From positions 750 through 64,749 of the forward strand of contig DYIF01000010.1 in the NCBI GenBank assembly GCA_020723765.1: DNA of 64,000 nt, in the 5' to 3' direction. How positions within the stretch are numbered: the stretch's first letter is position 1; each line of letters starts with the position of its first letter. This document shows positions 8,009 through 17,260 of this stretch, in pieces. Below the pieces are notes generated by a model. The model had not been told where the DNA came from and made no database searches. It worked only from the letters and a program-made list of their open reading frames with translations. The stretch is from Elusimicrobium minutum (GTDB lineage: Bacteria; Elusimicrobiota; Elusimicrobia; Elusimicrobiales; UBA9959). Both the position numbers and the translations under genes were made by a program.

Positions 8009-9559
8009 ATGGCGAAAAAAACAAACGAAAGCGGAATTTTAGGCATATATGTGGATGTTAGCGAAATAACTCTTTCCCTGGCTTATTTAGACAAAAACAA
8101 AATAAATATTTCAAAGGTAATTCATATTCCAACCGAGTATAAAACCGAGGGTATCATAAAACCTCTTTCTTTGAATAACGATTTTTTTTCCGACAAACAA
8201 AAATGGGTTTCTTCTTTTAAGGATATAATCAAAAAATCGGATTTTAAAACTTCCAAGGCCGTAGTATCTCTTTCTCACGATTTTTCCATTACCAGATTTT
8301 TTTCGATGCCTTTTATAGAAAGAAAATTCTGGAATAAAGCAATACCTATAGAATCAAAAAAATATATTCCCGTTTCATTTGACGAGTTGGCTTACGATTT
8401 CTACGCCTATCCTTTGGAAAACAACTCCAAGGTCGGGGTTTGTTTTTCTGTGACTCAGAAAAAAACGACCGAGTTTTTAATTCAACTTTTAAAACAAGCC
8501 GGCATAGAATTGCTGATGGCGGAACCTTCGGCGGTATCAATGATAAGATTCTTTTCAATAACTTCCGAAAATAAGGACCCTTCGGTTTTGGTTTATGTTT
8601 CCGAGGACGAAGTATATACCGCGATAGACTCTGAAAACGTTCCCGTGGTTTTTAGATACCTATCTTTTTCAAAATCTCCCGCTTTTTCGGAAAGGAAATC
8701 CTTGGATTTAAAAGGTTCCATGCTTTTTGCGCAGAGAACCCTCCCCAATGTCGATATTAATAAAATAATTTTTGCGGGTATAGGCGGAGATAAGTGGTCC
8801 GAACAGGCGGAGAAAGAAACTTCCATAAAACCGGAAATTTTAAAGATGGATGAGAAAATTAATACGGGGGATTTTAAATTTTCAACTATTATGAGCGCTT
8901 CGGCTTCGGTTAAGTATCAACGAAAAGAAAAGGTTTCGATAGATATATCCGAGGTCGAAAAAAACAAAAGGTTAAATAAAACGATTCAAAACTCAATATT
9001 TATGATAGGCGGATTTGTCGCCGGATTATTCATTCTCCTTTTCTTTATTAACTCTTTGAGAAACTATTTTATAAGAAACGAAATACTGAGCTATATGTCT
9101 AAAATGCCGGAGATATCCGAGTTTGAAGGGCTTACCACCGAACAGGCAAACGATAAGGTAGTGAAGATGAGAAAGATAAAAAATTTATTTTCAAAGATAA
9201 TAATAAAAAGAGATTACTTCGCACCCAAAATGTCGGATATGTGCGATGTGATACCGAAGGATATGTGGCTTAAAGAAATGGTTTACACAAATCCCGTTAC
9301 CATTAACAACGAAGCCAATATTAAAATAGAGTTTACCATAAACGGAGAAACTTACCTTACCGGGGAAAGCAGAACTTATTATATGGATTATTTTATGAAA
9401 GAAATTAAAAAAAGTAAGAATTTCATAATATGTAATCCCCCTTTGGGAAGCATAGATTATAACGTGAGAGACGCCGAAAATTTTAGTATGGATCCTAAAG
9501 CCAAGGCGGCTCCGGCCGTTTTTAGAATATCTTGTCATATGGATAAGAGCAAATTATGA
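8009..9559 (+). CDS. Type IV pilus alignment protein, PilM-like domain fused to TM + PilN-like domain
   Basis: ILGIYVD start, ESKKYIPVSFDELAYDF and LLKQAGIELLMAEPSAVS (PilM-like); TM near aa 330-350; DVIPKDMWLKEM (PilN-like); directly upstream of pilO. Confidence 0.75.
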   Translation: MAKKTNESGILGIYVDVSEITLSLAYLDKNKINISKVIHIPTEYKTEGIIKPLSLNNDFFSDKQKWVSSFKDIIKKSDFKTSKAVVSLSHDFSITRFFSMPFIERKFWNKAIPIESKKYIPVSFDELAYDFYAYPLENNSKVGVCFSVTQKKTTEFLIQLLKQAGIELLMAEPSAVSMIRFFSITSENKDPSVLVYVSEDEVYTAIDSENVPVVFRYLSFSKSPAFSERKSLDLKGSMLFAQRTLPNVDINKIIFAGIGGDKWSEQAEKETSIKPEILKMDEKINTGDFKFSTIMSASASVKYQRKEKVSIDISEVEKNKRLNKTIQNSIFMIGGFVAGLFILLFFINSLRNYFIRNEILSYMSKMPEISEFEGLTTEQANDKVVKMRKIKNLFSKIIIKRDYFAPKMSDMCDVIPKDMWLKEMVYTNPVTINNEANIKIEFTINGETYLTGESRTYYMDYFMKEIKKSKNFIICNPPLGSIDYNVRDAENFSMDPKAKAAPAVFRISCHMDKSKL

Positions 9560-10140
9560 ACATAAACAAAATATTTTTGGAATTTAAATCTCATATAAAA
9601 GATTTGTTTTCGGATATGCAGGCGGTATATTTGGAAAAAGGGCCGGAGCCTTTTAAAAAACCGGTTTTATACGCTCTTTCGGCCGTGGTAGTATCGTATC
9701 TTATATATTCTTCCAATACGGGAACTCTTAAAAACAATAAACTGCAACTTGAGAAAACGATTCAGTTAGCGGGTTTTTATAACGAATATGTGGATCTCAA
9801 GGCGGCTATGAAAACATACTCCAAAATGATCCCTTCGATAAAAGAGAAAGACGAATTTTTAAACTATCTTTTAAATACGACCGCGTCTAAATACGGAATA
9901 ACTTTTACCAATATAGACAGCCAGAAAGAATTGAAAGTGGATAATATGTATTTCGTATCCAAACAGGTTCAATTTTCCGCGGATTACGATACCCTGGGAA
10001 ATTTTATAAGAGAAATAGAAAATTCTCCGGTTTTTGTTGAAGTTTCGCAATTATCGGTAACTAAAAAAAATAACGAGATCGTCATAGGAAGACTGGATGT
10101 TTCGCTAAATATTTCGACCGTATTTGTGGAGAGAATATGA
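9556..10140 (+). CDS. pilO: Type IV pilus assembly protein PilO-like
   Basis: TM, coiled coil, then IPSIKEKDEFL...FSADYDTLGNFIREIENSPVFVEVSQLSV; operon position. Confidence 0.8.
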   Translation: MNINKIFLEFKSHIKDLFSDMQAVYLEKGPEPFKKPVLYALSAVVVSYLIYSSNTGTLKNNKLQLEKTIQLAGFYNEYVDLKAAMKTYSKMIPSIKEKDEFLNYLLNTTASKYGITFTNIDSQKELKVDNMYFVSKQVQFSADYDTLGNFIREIENSPVFVEVSQLSVTKKNNEIVIGRLDVSLNISTVFVERI

Positions 10141-10676
10141 AGGGTTTCGTCGCAGAGATTTTATCGGGTATAGCGTTAACCGTATTTTTTGTTTTATCTT
10201 TATCTACCGTTAATTCGAAAATAATATCCGAGGATATCGAAAAAGATTTTAGGATGAGTGTGGCCGACTCGGTTTCGACTCAAACCGTTACATCCCAGGT
10301 TGAAGTTTCTACAAATGTCGCTACGGCGGAAAAGACAAAACAAGCGACCGAGGGTAATTCTTATTTCGCTCCCAAATCCAAAAGAAATCCTTTTTTAAGT
10401 CCGCAAGAATATGAAAAAATAAGGATAATGGAAGAACAGCGTTTAGCTCAGGAAGAGTTAATAAAAAGAATGGGGACAAACGATCCCGTGGTTAAAAGAG
10501 AGGATCCAACAAAGAAATACAAACTCCAGGGGATAGTGGGGAAATATGCTATAATAAACGGAGAGATGATCGGAGAGGGCGAAAATTATAAGAAAGAAAT
10601 TATACTTGAAAAAGTTTATTCTAACTATGTTATAATAAAATATAAAGGTAAGCAGTACAGGCTTATACTTAAGTAG
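10137..10676 (+). CDS. PilP/GspC-like pilus assembly protein
   Basis: N-terminal anchor, KRNPF motif, YKLQGIV...AIINGEMIGEGE beta domain; between pilO and the secretin. Confidence 0.65.
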   Translation: MKGFVAEILSGIALTVFFVLSLSTVNSKIISEDIEKDFRMSVADSVSTQTVTSQVEVSTNVATAEKTKQATEGNSYFAPKSKRNPFLSPQEYEKIRIMEEQRLAQEELIKRMGTNDPVVKREDPTKKYKLQGIVGKYAIINGEMIGEGENYKKEIILEKVYSNYVIIKYKGKQYRLILK

Positions 10677-10684
10677 GAGGATAA

Positions 10685-12331
10685 ATGATTAGGTTTTTGA
10701 TTTTTATTTCTATTTTTATTCAATTACCTTTGTTTTCTCAACAGGACGATTTTGAGTCGGATATGGGAGGTCCGATATTGGAAGATACTACGACAAGCAG
10801 TACCAAAGATACTCAAATAAAAATACCGGCCAAAACACAGACTCCCGGCACTCCCGTTAAAGCCGACGCGGTTATAGAAGCCCCTTTATATGAAGAAGCC
10901 GAGGATATATCTCCGTTAGATAGGAAAATAGGACCTATAAGATTAAAAAGCGCTCCTCTTACAAGCTTTTTGGATATAATATCCGCCCAGTCTCAGGTTA
11001 ACTTTATAATAAGCGACGATGTCATAGGAAAACAAATTACGGTTTTCTTAAGAAGAACAACTGTTAGAGAAGCCCTTGAAATATTATTAAGGGTTAAAGG
11101 GCTTACATATCAAAGAATAGGTAAAAGTAATACTTATATAATAATGAAAAGGACATCCACTCAGCCGAACATGGTAACAAAAATATATACTCTTAATTAT
11201 ATACCCCTGATACCTTTGACAGAAAAAGAAAACGATCTTAATATCGGCGGTTCAACCGGAGGCGATTCGGGCGGGGGTAATATGCAAATGGGAGGAGGGC
11301 AACAGCAGGGCGGAGGCTCGGATACCGAAAGCGCGATAAACATAATTAAAATTTTAAGAAGCGTATTAAGCAAAAAATATGGCTCGATTGCCGTTGATCC
11401 AAGGACTAATAGCATAATAGTAACCGACATACCGGAAGTTTTTCCTCAGGTTGAGCAGATTATAGCCGAGCTTGATAAAAAAGCTCCTCAAATATTAATA
11501 GAAGCAAGAATTGTAGAAATAAATACAGATAGACTAAACGAGTTAGGAATAGAATGGGGAGGATCACGCGGAGAATTGGCCTATTATGCGGGACCCTCAA
11601 GACTAACCGACTGGCCGTTAAGACCCGGAATATTTTCCGGAGACAACTGGAAAAATTTCTTTCCCAAGTCTCCTCAGATAAACGAAGACTCTCCAAGTTC
11701 TTCGGCCGGCGGCGGTGGAGGAGAAATAGATCCCATATTTTCTACAAGCAAAACAAGTCCTCAGGGCGTTTATTACGGAGTGTTTAGCTTGGCTCAGTTG
11801 CAGGCGATATTCAGGGCTTTAATATCCAGAGGCGAAGCGAGGTATTTGGGAACCCCGAAAATTGTCGCAATGAACAACAAGACATCCGTTATAACGATAT
11901 CCAAAGAAGCGGCCGTAGCTTCTCAAACCACCGTAGTTTCGGCCGGAGGTTCGGCGGGCTCATCATCTACGGGAGTCGAGAGAAAAACCATAGGACTTAC
12001 GCTTAAGGTTACTCCTCAGGTTAATAAGGAAGGATATATAACCATGCTTGTTCAGCCCCAATATTCGGATGTGACCTCCTCGGCTATAACAATACAGGGA
12101 GTAAACGTCTTGGATCCTATAACAAGAGGGGCTCTTACGATGGTTAGAGTTAAAAACGGCCAGACCGTAGTTATAGGCGGAATGCTTTCTTCGACGGAAC
12201 AAAAAGTCGTTAAAAAAGTTCCGCTTTTCGGTTATATTCCGGTTATAGGTTGGTTTTTTACTTCGACAAGCATAAGAAGGACAAACACGGATCTGGTTAT
12301 ATTTTTGACCCCGACCATACTTGTAGATTAA
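10685..12331 (+). CDS. pilQ: Secretin (PilQ/GspD family)
   Basis: DPRTNSIIVTD...IIAELDKKAPQILIEARIVE, GLTLKVTPQVN, VKNGQTVVIGG and KVPLFGYIPVIGWFF motifs. Confidence 0.92.
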   Translation: MIRFLIFISIFIQLPLFSQQDDFESDMGGPILEDTTTSSTKDTQIKIPAKTQTPGTPVKADAVIEAPLYEEAEDISPLDRKIGPIRLKSAPLTSFLDIISAQSQVNFIISDDVIGKQITVFLRRTTVREALEILLRVKGLTYQRIGKSNTYIIMKRTSTQPNMVTKIYTLNYIPLIPLTEKENDLNIGGSTGGDSGGGNMQMGGGQQQGGGSDTESAINIIKILRSVLSKKYGSIAVDPRTNSIIVTDIPEVFPQVEQIIAELDKKAPQILIEARIVEINTDRLNELGIEWGGSRGELAYYAGPSRLTDWPLRPGIFSGDNWKNFFPKSPQINEDSPSSSAGGGGGEIDPIFSTSKTSPQGVYYGVFSLAQLQAIFRALISRGEARYLGTPKIVAMNNKTSVITISKEAAVASQTTVVSAGGSAGSSSTGVERKTIGLTLKVTPQVNKEGYITMLVQPQYSDVTSSAITIQGVNVLDPITRGALTMVRVKNGQTVVIGGMLSSTEQKVVKKVPLFGYIPVIGWFFTSTSIRRTNTDLVIFLTPTILVD

Positions 12332-12340
12332 TATAATAAA

Positions 12341-14086
12341 ATGGCAAGAAAAAGATTAGGCGAAATATTAATAGAACAAAAAATAATAGACGAAGAGAAG
12401 TTAGCTAAGGCTTTAAAGTATCAAGAGCAGAATAGATGTTTAATAGGGGAAGCTCTTATTAAATTGGGCTATGCCACGGAAGAGCAGGTCGCCATAGCTT
12501 TATCCAAGCAGTTGGGCATTCCTTACGCATCGATACAAAATCAAATATTGAAACCCGAAAAAGGTCAGGATATAGAAAAAATAATTCCGGAAAAATTCGC
12601 GAGAGACAATAAAATTATCCCTTTGTTTGTGGAAAACGGAGTTATCGCGATAGCCATGTCGGATCCCACGGATCTTATGCTTTTGGATAACATAAGAGCG
12701 ATGACCGGAATGGATGTTCAGGTATTCATATCCACAAAAGCTCAAATTCTAAAAGTTATAGACTCGTTTTATCAGATGGAAACGAGTCTTATTGATCAGG
12801 TTGTAGATACCGGCAAAGGTTCCGATAGCGACATATCGGATTCGGATGTTTTGACTCCGGACGGGAAACTGGATCTGGACAGGGTCATAATGAGTCAGTC
12901 TTCCGGGGCGCAGGCGATCAAGCTGGTTAACGCCATATTAAAACAAGCCATAGCCGAGAGAACAAGCGACATACATCTGGAAAAATACGACGAAAAAATT
13001 TCTTTAAGATTTAGAATAGACGGAGTTTTACACGAAAGAACCGCTCCGCCGAAAGAGCTTTTTGACAATATAATAGCGAGAGTGAAAATACTATCGAAAC
13101 TGAATATCGCCGAAAGAAGGCTACCTCAGGACGGAAGTTTTTCGATAAGATATCAAAACAGAACCATAGAAGTCCGTGTTGCGACATGTCCTACCGTTTT
13201 CGGCGAAAAACTTGTTATGAGATTGTTGGATAAGGGTGGAATAGAATTAAATCTTGATAAAATGGGTTTGGATCCTGAGCAGAAGGAGGATTTTTTAAAA
13301 GCCGCAAACTCTCCACACGGACTGATTCTCGTAACCGGTCCTACCGGTTCCGGTAAAACCACCACTTTAGCCGCATTGCTTACGACAATTAAAACGCCGG
13401 AGATGAATTTTTTAACTTTGGAAGATCCGGTCGAAGTAAAAATGGACGGTATAAGCCAGGTTCAGGTTAAACCGGAGATAGGTCTTACTTTTGCGGCTGG
13501 TTTAAGGTCTTTTTTGCGTATGGACCCGGATGTTATACTGGTGGGAGAAACAAGAGACAACGAGACAGCCGAGGCCTGTATAAAAGCCGCTATGACCGGT
13601 CATTTAGTTTTGTCAACATTGCACACGAATAACGCTTTGGAAGCCATACCTCGTTTAATAGATATGGGAGTGGAACCTTATCTTTTGGCTTCGACTTTGC
13701 TTTTAACCGAAGCTCAAAGACTTGTAAGAAGGCTTTGTCCGGATTGTAAACAGCCTTACAAACCTTCAAAAGAAGAACTTGATATGTTTTTAAAAGAATC
13801 TCTTTTAAGTCCGATGCCGGATCCCAATAAAATTATTTTTTACAAACCCAGGGGTTGTCAAAAATGTTTTAATATAGGATACAAAGGAAGAGTCGCCATA
13901 TATGAGACATATTTTATAACCGAAGAGATAAAAAAGATAATAAGCGATAACCCCGACATATTAAAAATAAAGGAAGTGGCAAAAAAACAGGGAACATGGG
14001 ATTTAAGGGCAAGCGGTTGGAGAAAGGTTTTGGCGGGAGTTACTTCGGTCGATGAAATGTTAGCTACAACCATAGTCGAAATGTAG
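12341..14086 (+). CDS. pilB: Type IV pilus / T2SS assembly ATPase (PilB/GspE)
   Basis: MshEN-like N-terminus RLGEILIE; Walker A GPTGSGKTTT; LRMDPDVILVGE; TGHLVLSTLH; CPDC/CQKC zinc motif. Confidence 0.95.
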   Translation: MARKRLGEILIEQKIIDEEKLAKALKYQEQNRCLIGEALIKLGYATEEQVAIALSKQLGIPYASIQNQILKPEKGQDIEKIIPEKFARDNKIIPLFVENGVIAIAMSDPTDLMLLDNIRAMTGMDVQVFISTKAQILKVIDSFYQMETSLIDQVVDTGKGSDSDISDSDVLTPDGKLDLDRVIMSQSSGAQAIKLVNAILKQAIAERTSDIHLEKYDEKISLRFRIDGVLHERTAPPKELFDNIIARVKILSKLNIAERRLPQDGSFSIRYQNRTIEVRVATCPTVFGEKLVMRLLDKGGIELNLDKMGLDPEQKEDFLKAANSPHGLILVTGPTGSGKTTTLAALLTTIKTPEMNFLTLEDPVEVKMDGISQVQVKPEIGLTFAAGLRSFLRMDPDVILVGETRDNETAEACIKAAMTGHLVLSTLHTNNALEAIPRLIDMGVEPYLLASTLLLTEAQRLVRRLCPDCKQPYKPSKEELDMFLKESLLSPMPDPNKIIFYKPRGCQKCFNIGYKGRVAIYETYFITEEIKKIISDNPDILKIKEVAKKQGTWDLRASGWRKVLAGVTSVDEMLATTIVEM

Positions 14087-14112
14087 TTTTATCTAATTTT
14101 TAGGGAGGGAGC

Positions 14113-15336
14113 GTGCCAAGGTTTATATATACGGTACAAGACTCTGAAGGAAACGTAACCACCGGTTCCATGGAAAGCGAGGATGAAGATAGTTTAGTTA
14201 CCACTCTTCAAAACAAGGGTTATTTTATACTTTCGATACAATCTGAAAAAGAAAGCGCAAAAGGACTATTTGCTTTAAAGAAAAAGGCGGGGGGAAAAGT
14301 ATCCGGAAGAGAAATAGTGTTTTTTGGTGAGCAGATTGCGACACTTGTGGCTGGCGGCGTACCTCTTGTCAGAGCACTTTCACTTCTGGCTGAAAATAGC
14401 GAAAACAAAGCTTTGCAGACTGTTCTTTTCCAGATAACGAAAGACGTATCCGCCGGTAGTACTTTACATAAAGCGCTCGAAAAACATCCAGATGTTTTCG
14501 ACGATATATGGGTTTCTCTTGTGGCCGCTGGAGAAGTTTCCGGTCAGTTGCCTTTAGTTTTAAGACAGATTACGAAGTACAAAGAAATGCAGGAAGAAAT
14601 TAAAGGAAAGATTATAACGGCCTTTGCTTATCCTACGGTGCTATTTTTAATGTCAATGGGCGTTTTGTTTTATTTCGTAATATTCATAGTTCCTGTGTTT
14701 GCTCAGATATTTAATGATTTTGGTTTAAAGCTTCCGGTAATAACTAAAATGGTTATGGGTTTTTCTTATATAATTCAAAACTACTGGTTAATGATGATAA
14801 TATCTTCGATAGCCGGTTACTGGACTTTTAAGATGTATATAAAAACCGAAGCAGGTCTTTTAACATGGAATAAGTTCCTTTTTTCCTTGCCGGGACTTGG
14901 CGGTTTTATAAAAAACATGCAATATGAAAGATGCTTAACGACGATGTCTACTCTTTTAAAAAGCGGCGTCAGCATAATAAATTCGCTTGCAGTATTGGAA
15001 AACGCTTTTAAGAAAAACCTTATAATTCAAGGAGCTTTAAAAAAAGCCAAAAACGATATAACAAGTGGTAAAGCTATATCTGAATCTTTTAAAAGGACTG
15101 GGGCTTTCCCTGCATTTGTGACTGATATGATGCTTATGGGAGAAGAATCGGGTAAGCTTCCTGATATGATAGATGTTTTGTCCGGTTATTATAAAGAGCA
15201 GATTAACCAATTTTTAAGAAGGTTTTCGGCTATAATAGACCCCATACTGATGTTGGGAATAGGTGCCATAATAGGAACGGTCGTTATGTCGGTTTATATA
15301 CCGATATTCCAGCTTTCTCAAATCAAAGGAAATTAG
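14113..15336 (+). CDS. pilC: Type IV pilus platform protein PilC/GspF
   Basis: GTG start with GGGAGG RBS; AGEVSGQL, TAFAYP, MGEESGKL and YIPIFQL motifs. Confidence 0.93.
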   Translation: MPRFIYTVQDSEGNVTTGSMESEDEDSLVTTLQNKGYFILSIQSEKESAKGLFALKKKAGGKVSGREIVFFGEQIATLVAGGVPLVRALSLLAENSENKALQTVLFQITKDVSAGSTLHKALEKHPDVFDDIWVSLVAAGEVSGQLPLVLRQITKYKEMQEEIKGKIITAFAYPTVLFLMSMGVLFYFVIFIVPVFAQIFNDFGLKLPVITKMVMGFSYIIQNYWLMMIISSIAGYWTFKMYIKTEAGLLTWNKFLFSLPGLGGFIKNMQYERCLTTMSTLLKSGVSIINSLAVLENAFKKNLIIQGALKKAKNDITSGKAISESFKRTGAFPAFVTDMMLMGEESGKLPDMIDVLSGYYKEQINQFLRRFSAIIDPILMLGIGAIIGTVVMSVYIPIFQLSQIKGN

Positions 15337-15345
15337 GGAGGATTT

Positions 15346-15804
15346 ATGAAAAAAGGTTTTACCCTTATAGAACTTTTGGTGGTGGTTTTAATATTGGGTA
15401 TTCTCGCCACCATATCCATGCCTTTATATAGAAAAACGGTGGAAACTTCAAAAGCTACTGACGCTCTTTCCATATTAAACATGATAGCAAACGCCAATAG
15501 AATGTATCAGTTAGATAACGGATCATATTCTACCGGCAATATATTATCTACTCAAGTTTTGGTTTCAAATAAGTATATAGCCGACCATCCATGGGCCAGT
15601 TATCAATGGAAATTTTGCGCGTGTAGCGATACCGCGGGTTGTGGAGCTTGTGGAGGAGCATCCTGTTCGGCTATGGGAAGAATAGCCTGCGCGTATAACA
15701 CCTCGGGGCTCGGAGCTCCGTTTAATACATGGAGGTACGAGATCTCTCCCGATGGGACATGTAACGCCTACGGAACTCAGGTTCCGCCCTGTCCTCAGCA
15801 GTAG
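15346..15804 (+). CDS. Type IV pilin (PilE/PilA-like, probable major pilin), Cys-rich
   Basis: Prepilin cleavage site KKG|FTLIELLVVVLILGILA; strong GGAGGA RBS; 8 Cys. Confidence 0.92.
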   Translation: MKKGFTLIELLVVVLILGILATISMPLYRKTVETSKATDALSILNMIANANRMYQLDNGSYSTGNILSTQVLVSNKYIADHPWASYQWKFCACSDTAGCGACGGASCSAMGRIACAYNTSGLGAPFNTWRYEISPDGTCNAYGTQVPPCPQQ

Positions 15805-15806
15805 TT

Positions 15807-16259
15807 ATGAAAAAGAGAAAAGGTTTTACATTAGTAGAGATAATAGTATCCATACTTATAAGCGCTATGGTTGCAATGTCTTCTTTTTCCATTTTCACTT
15901 CCACAATGACCAGCCAAAAAAAAGCGGACAAAAGAGAAATTTCAGCTCTTGCCATAAGAATGGTTCAGGAGCAGTTAAAGGCCTATGTTACGGCCGATAC
16001 AGCATGGACTCCCTCTCCAAACGCCAGCTGGAGATTGTGTAATCATTTGGGAGTTTGCGATACATATGCCGGCTGGGCATTGCAAGCCGGGGCTCATAAT
16101 ATAACAAATTTTTTAAACACCGATCCTTTTTTGACAAAGCTTTGCAACGGAAATGTAGCAAATTGCAGTTTTACTTATACCGTTACCGATCTGGATTGCG
16201 GATTTGGAATCGGTGCAAATGCTTGTAAACAGGTTCAGTTTAGTTTGACTTACCCGTAA
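15807..16259 (+). CDS. Minor pilin (PilV-like)
   Basis: RKG|FTLVEIIVSILI prepilin motif; position in the pilin cluster. Confidence 0.85.
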   Translation: MKKRKGFTLVEIIVSILISAMVAMSSFSIFTSTMTSQKKADKREISALAIRMVQEQLKAYVTADTAWTPSPNASWRLCNHLGVCDTYAGWALQAGAHNITNFLNTDPFLTKLCNGNVANCSFTYTVTDLDCGFGIGANACKQVQFSLTYP

Positions 16260-16262
16260 TTT

Positions 16263-16916
16263 ATGAAAAAAAATGGATTTACTTTAACAGAACTTCTTAT
16301 TTCTCTTGTCATATTTTCTTTTATGGCTGTAACTTTATCTACCGTATATGCTACTGCAAACAGATTTTTTTTCCAGCAATACAGAGAAGATATGTGGAAG
16401 AACAGGCTTACTCTTTCCATGAAATTTATAAAGAATAAACTTTCTGCTGCAACTGAAATAGAAAGACCGGCTTTGGGGGCGGAAACTAACGACCTCGCGT
16501 TTTACACAAATTTTATAAAATCTCCTCCTGGAGATACCACATACCCGGGTAATGGCTGCGCCCCGACTACGGCGGTTAGTTCTCAATGGCATTATTTTTG
16601 CGTTAACTCTAATATTTTATACTACTATACAGGAACCATAGCCGCTCCGGCCCAGTGCCCGAACGAAGCGGGAGTCGCCAACTGGATAGGAACGATATCC
16701 TGCGGCGTTACCGGCGGAGGTGTTGTGCTTTCTCAAAACATAACCATACCCGCCAATAGAACCACATATTTCGGGAGAGTCAATACTCCCTCAAATACCG
16801 TAAGGGTATCTTTAAGGATGTTATGGCAGGCAACCGGTGGATTTTCCACCATAGCTCGAAATATAGACACTTCCGACGAAACTTATGTTACGATAAATAG
16901 ACCTGCCGCATGGTAA
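16263..16916 (+). CDS. Minor pilin (PilW/GspJ-like)
   Basis: KNG|FTLTELLISLVIFS prepilin motif; larger globular domain. Confidence 0.85.
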   Translation: MKKNGFTLTELLISLVIFSFMAVTLSTVYATANRFFFQQYREDMWKNRLTLSMKFIKNKLSAATEIERPALGAETNDLAFYTNFIKSPPGDTTYPGNGCAPTTAVSSQWHYFCVNSNILYYYTGTIAAPAQCPNEAGVANWIGTISCGVTGGGVVLSQNITIPANRTTYFGRVNTPSNTVRVSLRMLWQATGGFSTIARNIDTSDETYVTINRPAAW

Positions 16917-16919
16917 GGG

Positions 16920-16948
16920 TTGAAAATATCTTTTTTCTCTGCTAAAAT
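16920..16948 (+). promoter_or_regulatory. Sigma70-type promoter TTGAAA-17-TAAAAT with extended TGn, 6 nt before ATG 16955
   Basis: TTGAAA 16920-16925, 17-nt spacer ending TGC, TAAAAT 16943-16948; no SD before the ATG. Confidence 0.65.
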
Positions 16949-16954
16949 GTCAAT

Positions 16955-17260
16955 ATGAAGTTAATTAAAAAAAGAAAAGCTTCTCTTTCCGCGACTCTTT
17001 TGTTATGCATAGCCATAATTACTATTTCCACATACGTTATGAAATGGGTTTTGGATAGACATACTATAACTACTAGATTTCACAGAAGTTCGGTGGCTAC
17101 TATGAGAACCGAAGGGATATTTTATAACAGAATATCCTGTTGTCAATACGGTTCCAATTGCCTTTCGTCGGTTGATGGAAAATCGGTGACTATAACTGGA
17201 CTTAATTGCGGTGCTTCTGCTGCTACATCAGTAACTTTTTCGATTAATGCGGACAATTAA
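16955..17260 (+). CDS. Small PilX/GspK-like minor pilin (atypical prepilin motif)
   Basis: Basic leader KKRKA, then hydrophobic helix lacking Glu5; last gene after PilV/PilW-like genes. Confidence 0.55.
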   Translation: MKLIKKRKASLSATLLLCIAIITISTYVMKWVLDRHTITTRFHRSSVATMRTEGIFYNRISCCQYGSNCLSSVDGKSVTITGLNCGASAATSVTFSINADN

